From Eledone cirrhosa (taxonomy: Eukaryota), in NCBI GenBank assembly GCA_964016885.1, contig OZ024743.1, positions 255,192,001 to 255,256,000 on the forward strand: a stretch of DNA of 64,000 bases. The letters are read 5' to 3'. The position numbers were made by a program, and so were the translations under genes. The notes beneath the pieces are model-generated. The model was given only the letters and a program-made list of their open reading frames with translations. It searched no databases and was not told the origin of the DNA. Of the stretch, positions 51,964-64,000 are shown one piece after another (position 1 is the stretch's first letter; each line of letters opens with the position of its first letter).

Positions 51964-53932
51964 CAGAGTAATTCGTGGTAGAGGGATGGTCAGTAAGAAT
52001 GTGTCTGTAAGTGAGTGGGGGATATTTTAACATGTTAAAAGATATTTTTCAACTCCTGACTTATATGGAGAAGTGTGTGTGTGTATCAGAGTAATTCGTG
52101 GTAGAGGGATGGTCAGTAGGAATGTGTCTGTAGGTTAAAATATATTTTTCAGCTCTTGTCTTATACGGAGAAGTATGTGTGTGCGTGTGTGTGTGTGTGT
52201 ATAAGTCTCTTTGTATGTTAAAATACGCGTGTGTATGTGTGTGTGTGTGTGTGTGAGAATGTGTGTATGTGTGTGTGTGTGGGTGGACCAGTATTTTTTT
52301 CCCTGGTAAAATGGTGTACATTATTCGATATTTTCAGTAAAATCGATTCTCTCAATAGAACATGAAAAAACTTAACAATAAAAGGTGTGAAATGATATTC
52401 ACTATACATATATATATACATATATTCACTATATATATATATATTTTCTTTTGTGTGTTGCACCATAGAACATGTTTGTTTACGTATGTCATTGTGTTTA
52501 TATGTGGGTAGAGATGTGTGCTGATGTAGGTATGTATGTTGACGTGTGTATGTTGTGGGTTCGTCTGAGGGAGAAGTGTTTAGACGGGGTCTGTATTTGT
52601 TAATAAAGTAAGATTCCTTGCTGATGCGCTGGGTGTGGGTGGCATTATCTTTAAATTTGTAGAGGGGAAAGATTCTGAAGTTGGGATGATTTTGGGCGGC
52701 ACAGGTATCAATGTGTTCACTCAGTGGTATTTTCCAGTATTCCCGCATTTTAATTTGGGATCTATGGACAGTCATGCGTTGGCGGAGGCTGTTTTTGGTC
52801 TGCCCTATGTATTGTTCTCGACAACCTGAGCAAGTTAATACATATATTAGATTTTCCGATGCACATGTGAAATTGTGTTTTACTATAAAATGTTGTCCTT
52901 CTTTGAAATAGAATTCCGAACCCTCTATTAGGTTGATGCAAATCCCACAGTTGGGTCTATCGCATTCTTTTACTGTGGGTTTCGTTGTTGTGGTTGGCAG
53001 TACTTTGGCATGTGTTAGGATGTTTTTCATTGACTTAGATTGTCTTTTGCTCTTTATGATATCGTGTGTTCGTAGGATTTGGTTCGTTCTATGGTCCTTT
53101 TTCAACACGGGGTTGTTCTGGAGGATGGTGTCAAAGGCCTCATTGTTGAGGGGGTTGTGTGTGGATATGTATGGAAGAGCTTTTAATTTCGGTTGATTTA
53201 CTTTAGGGTGTCTAAGGTCCTGGGTACTGAGTTTTAGGGCACGTTGGATTCCATTGTCAATTAGTGATGCAGGGTAGTCCCTGCCTATGAGTGTGTCCTT
53301 TAGTTCTTGTAGCCGTAAGTAGCAGGTGTTTTTATTGGAGACGATAGTACAGATTCTCTTGGCTAAGTTGTAGGGAATATTAATTTTAACGTGTCTAGGG
53401 TGGCAAGAGTTGAAAGGAAGATATTGCTTGGAGTCTGTGGGCTTGTAGTATATGTCTGTTTCTATTTTTTTGTTATGGATCTTAATGAGGATGTCGAGAA
53501 AGGGGAGTTGTTGATGGCTGTATTCCATCGTGAAGTTAATATTCGTATTGAGCCCATTTGTTGTGAAAGAGTCATTTCTCAGTCTTGGCGCAAAATCAAG
53601 TTTTTACATTCACATGACCTCTACCGACCAATCAAAATTGTTTTGACCACAAGAATTTTTGCAACACGAATTGGCGCAAAAACTAATTTTAATAGCGCTG
53701 GAGCCACTTTTTTAACATAAAAACAGGTAGAATTCCCAAAACTAATCAGATCAGAGCAAACATCACGGACGCTCTATCTCAAAATTATTTTTGAAAAGCA
53801 TTTAGAAATGCGCAACCGGCATAACTTAAAACCAAACCTGAATACTAACCAATACAATTACTAATTCTCATTTATTCCTAATTAAACTATTTTTCACTGT
53901 GAACAATTTGTCAGCATTTTCTATTCCGTTTA

Positions 53933-53938
<6 letters not shown>
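51374..53938 (-). mobile_element. Penelope-like element (Neptune-like), 5'-truncated, with ~385-bp inverted pseudo-LTRs
   Basis: ORF 52218..53528: LPFLDI, YYKPTD, CDRPNCGIC, FTCASENLIYVLTC..C..YIGQT. 51410-51792 is inverted at 53555-53938. Hammerhead-like motifs at 51525-51561 (-) and 53788-53825 (+) read TTGAAAA...GCAAC. Confidence 0.9.
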
Positions 53939-54020
<82 letters not shown>

Positions 54021-54024
<4 letters not shown>

Positions 54025-55245
54025 CCAGTAAGACCCCAACAGCTGAGCTCAAGCCGTTTCGACGGCTAATTCTGGACTAAATGAAAATTTATCCTGGTAT
54101 TTAAATAGCCGATCTTCTCAAGGGGTAATTCCATATATGGTCAAAGTGATTGTCAAAAATCAGTAGTAATTCTGTGGTTGGAAATTAGTAGGGGAGATGG
54201 TGGCTAAACCTGCCAGTAGGAGAAAGAGGGGAGGGGTGGAGTAGCCCCAATCAAGCGTTTGTAGTGCCAGCTACAGCTGGGCATGAGGTCAAAGAAGATA
54301 CAGGGGAGGGGGAGGGGGAGGAAGTCGGAACGGTAGGTAGAACAATGGGGGGTAGAAATATATAGGAAAGAAAAAATACTGAGAGTGAAGAAAAGCAAAT
54401 AAGTGTAAAGAAAAACAAATGAGTGTAAAGAAAAAAGTAAATTAAATTCTACGACCTAGGTCTCTAGCTATTGTTAGTCTAGAATAAATAAATAAAGAAA
54501 GAAAGAAAGAAGTAAAGAAAGAAATAAAGAAATAACGAAATAAGTAAAAGAACTAGGTGGGACGAAATAGGCGAGGACCCTTTAAGAGGTATAAGTACGT
54601 AAATGATACGGTGACGGTCAACAAAAGGGGCCAAAATACTAAAGAGACTACCACGAAATAAACAATAAAGGTTTCCATCCCGGGCACAATTCCAGCAACC
54701 ACCCAGTGCAGCAAAGTGAACTAATACGAGATAATAATTCTGAGTCCCGAGAAAAATATATACTAATGCTAACTCTAAAAGATCTAAAACAAGCTACATG
54801 AAAGTTCGTACGAAGTAAAGGTAGAATACGGAAGAATAAATTCAGAATCCACCCCGCCCAAAAGAAAAGCGAAGAAAGAAATACTGAAACGAAAAAATAA
54901 GGCATAAGTGCCACTAGAAATATAGAGGGCACAGAGAATAGTGGGAGCGGTCGGAAAAAGGGGACAGGTATCCGGGGTCTAAACCAACTGCTATAAAGGG
55001 CGGAGTCCGCCAAATCTATCCTAGTCTAGGGGAGGGGGTGGGGGTACTAAGGCTACAAGGGACAAAAGGGCAGCCTCGGGTGGGCGAGAAAAGACGCCGA
55101 CAAAGGAGAAGAGCTGGGGTAGAAGGACTAAGGAGAGAGGGGGGAAGGAAGGAAATAAAGGAAGCGATAAAAGAATACAAAGAAGATCTTACGTCTCCCT
55201 TGGCAAAGTTATCAAAGTTATATAAATATATATACATATATAGAC
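54021..55245 (-). mobile_element. Long non-coding member of the 16168 family, with complete U3:A8 hammerhead at 54033-54126
   Basis: acccc TTGAGAA gatcggcta...tagccgtc GAAAC GGCTTGAGCTCAGCT GTT ggggt; bounded by (TA)n; extent inferred. Confidence 0.65.
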
Positions 55246-55370
<125 letters not shown>

Positions 55371-55521
55371 CATATATAGACATATATATATATATATATA
55401 TTTAAAAAAAAATAAGACTCGAGTTGCATTTTCGATTTCATCTCTTTTTCTTTATACGTTCACTCGTGTAGGACACCTCGATTATTTTTCATTTTGTAAA
55501 AAAAACCTCACTTTCTAATAT

Positions 55522-55555
<34 letters not shown>

Positions 55556-55573
55556 ATATATACATATATATAT

Positions 55574-55628
<55 letters not shown>

Positions 55629-55786
55629 CATATATATATACATATATATATACATATATATATATGTATATATATATATGTATATATATATATATGTATA
55701 TATATGTATATATGTATATATGTATATATGTATATATATATGTATATATATGTATATATATAGATATATATGTATATATATTTATG

Positions 55787-55818
<32 letters not shown>

Positions 55819-55840
55819 GATGTAGATGTATATATATATG

Positions 55841-55918
<78 letters not shown>

Positions 55919-55925
55919 TATATAC

Positions 55926-55973
<48 letters not shown>

Positions 55974-55991
55974 ATATATACATATATATAT

Positions 55992-56046
<55 letters not shown>

Positions 56047-56068
56047 CATATATATATACATATACATC

Positions 56069-56126
<58 letters not shown>

Positions 56127-56284
56127 AATATATATACATATATATCTATATATATACATATATATACATATATATATACATATATATATACATATATACA
56201 TATATACATATATATACATATATATATATATACATATATATATATACATATATATATATGTATATATATATGTATATATATATG

Positions 56285-56331
<47 letters not shown>

Positions 56332-56349
56332 ATATATATATGTATATAT

Positions 56350-58430
<2,081 letters not shown>

Positions 58431-58489
58431 AGTTTATGTGGTGAGTGAACTTTGGGTTTGTAGTAGTAATCTGTGAATTGCACTGAGTT

Positions 58490-60934
<2,445 letters not shown>

Positions 60935-61009
60935 ATATATATATATATATATGTGTATATATATATATATATACGTATATATATATTTATATATATATAT
61001 ATATATATA

Positions 61010-62432
61010 TCATCATCATCATCATCATCATCATCGTTTAACGTCCATCTTCCACGCTAGTAAGGGTCTGGACGGGAATTTTCCCACTTGAGGTAAGATT
61101 GGTTGTCTTGCTCAGGACTGTCTGGCGGGTTTTCTACGGTTGGATGCCCTTCCTAATACCAACCACGTTTACAGTGTGGACTGGGAGATTTTTACCGTGT
61201 TACCTACACGGCCACATTACAGCGTGTGTTTTTATGTCGTGAGACCTACACGACCTCATTTATTTAGGACTGGATGTTGTGGTACCAACATAGCTTTACA
61301 TCGAAAGGGGTGGTGTAGATGGTGGTGGGGGTAGGGGTAGTGGGACGGAGGTGTATTTTGGTTAAGAGGTGCCTACTGACTGTAGGTTTCGCTTTGTACT
61401 TAGGCAAGGCGGTCTTCTGTATTACTATGTAGCGCCAAAAATCTCGGTCCAGTGACATTGTCTTGGGGAGGTGTAAGTGTGTGAGGTTGGATTTTATCAA
61501 GTCGTCCCAGGTTTTTCTGGGTCTGCCTACTCCGTAGCTACCGTCTATTTTGATCGCCCTGCACTTTTTTATACAGCTGTCATCTTTCATGCGCATCACG
61601 TGACCATACCAATGCAATCTTCTCTCGAGTAAACAGCATTTCTCACTTAGTTCATTTATGCTTTGCCGTTCGCGTATATTACTATTACACATCCAACGGA
61701 GCATGCCAGCTTCGTTCTTCTCCAGTCTGCACACCAGGCCCATGTCTTACTGCCATGTAACATCGCTGTTCGTATGCAGGAATCATACAGCCTGCCTTTT
61801 ATTTTTAGAGAGAAACCTTTAGCGGCCAATAGTGGTATGAGCTCTCTGAACTTTTTCCATCCCGTTCGGACTCTAGCTACAGTACTTTCGGAGCACCCTC
61901 CACCACTGCTGATTTTGTCACCCAGATAATGGAAGGTACCCACTATTTCTATAGAACCATCTGGGCAATGGAATGAGCTAGTATTCTGTGGGCATTTGCT
62001 GCTACTTATTGCACCACAGCACCGGCCACATATAAAATCTATATTCTTTGTTAGCTTACCTGTGATCCCACTACATCTTTTATGCACCCATATTTTGCAT
62101 TTGGGATATAAAATGGAGTTTCTGCCTACTCCTTTCCTACACATTGAGCATGGCCATTTCCCAGATGGGACCAGTGCCCTATTCTCCTTCCTACATATTA
62201 GGACTTTAGTCTTAGACATGTTAACTTTAAGGCCTTTTGATTCTAGGCCATGCTTCCAGTTCAGCCATTGATTCAGCTATGAGCGTTAGATCATCTGCGT
62301 ATAGAGGTTCCCATTGGCAGCCGGTCTTGAACTCCTCCATTATAGCTTGGAGGGCGATAATAAATAGAAGGGGGCTAAGGACGGAGCCCTGATGAACACC
62401 AACTTTTAAGGTAAACTCTTCACTATATTCGT
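61010..62432 (-). mobile_element. RTE 3' fragment
   Basis: [19 protein letters not shown]...HKRC...CGRC, RRLHWYGHVMR; (GAT)n tail. Confidence 0.9.
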
Positions 62433-62453
62433 TGTATATATATATGTATATAT

Positions 62454-62534
<81 letters not shown>

Positions 62535-62587
62535 CATGTATATATATTATATATATATGTATATATATATATATGTATATATATATG

Positions 62588-62635
<48 letters not shown>

Positions 62636-62639
<4 letters not shown>

Positions 62640-63168
62640 AGTATGTACACGTACATACATATATGTATACAGACGTACAGTAGTATGTATATATATATAC
62701 ATACATGCACACATATATATATGTACGTTTGGATTCACCGAACATTCATTATAATGCTCGGTGTGTTTGTAAACAAACATCCCGTATTAAGCCGCAGTGT
62801 CTAGCAACCATTGTTGCTCGTTTGTTCAACACTGACAAAGGAACGCTGTACTAGTTTCAAGCTTATTAGCTATCGTCAGCAACGTATACCTTCCTGCCAG
62901 ATTGTTGAACGTATATACTTACCTTATGCATATTAATGGCTGAGTAGCCCAATTTGCATATCGAGTGGGTTAATCGGCCGGGTGCACCGAAAACGATAAA
63001 CGGAAAAAATGAAACGAAATTTCATTTCATATGTGTGCATGTATGTATATATATATACATACTACTGTACGTCTGTATACATATATGTACGTACGTGTAC
63101 ATACTTATATTTAAGTAACAGCCGTACTAAGAGTGGGAAATGAAATTTCGTTTCATTTTTTCCGTGGA
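62636..63168 (-). mobile_element. Retrozyme-like non-coding element (~420-nt inferred unit) with 5' inversion
   Basis: 62636-62717 is inverted at 63029-63109, and 63000-63028 is inverted at 63138-63166; contains a hammerhead. Confidence 0.75.
62844..62884 (-). ncRNA. Minimal type I hammerhead ribozyme
   Basis: cgttg CTGACGA t agct aata agct t GAAAC TA GTA cagcg. Confidence 0.88.
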
Positions 63169-63289
63169 TATATATATATATACTTGTATAGCGTGGAAGA
63201 ACGGACGTAAAACGGTGATGATGATGATGACACTTATATATATATATATACATACTTATATATATATATATACATACTTATATATAAAT

Positions 63290-63340
<51 letters not shown>

Positions 63341-63348
63341 AAAATATA

Positions 63349-64000
<652 letters not shown>

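Overview
AT-rich eukaryotic (animal) genomic DNA made almost entirely of retroelements and microsatellites. No host gene is supported. The Nin-domain SINEs, RTE/SINE tails and very long (TA)n tracts suggest a mollusc or cephalopod such as octopus (inference only). Contents: two tandem Tx1/L1-clade LINEs, an R4/Dong-like RLE element in (TAA)n, a CR1-group LINE, about six RTE fragments, several tRNA-derived SINEs and at least six Penelope-like element (PLE) coding fragments. The most striking unannotated signal, found by manual reading of both strands, is a dense set of type I hammerhead ribozymes (HHRs): about 18 complete or near-complete motifs plus several half motifs. Some lie in PLE pseudo-LTRs. 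Many lie in non-coding units of about 300-1000 bp that are partly tandem, 5'-inverted and inserted in (TA)n, resembling retrozymes. Several carry a compensatory U3:A8 core (UUGANAA instead of CUGANGA), a pyrimidine-pyrimidine mismatch at the base of stem II, or very long stem II inserts. One family of about 310 nt shows covarying hairpins between two copies. All folds were deduced by eye and coordinates are approximate to a few bases; activity is untested.
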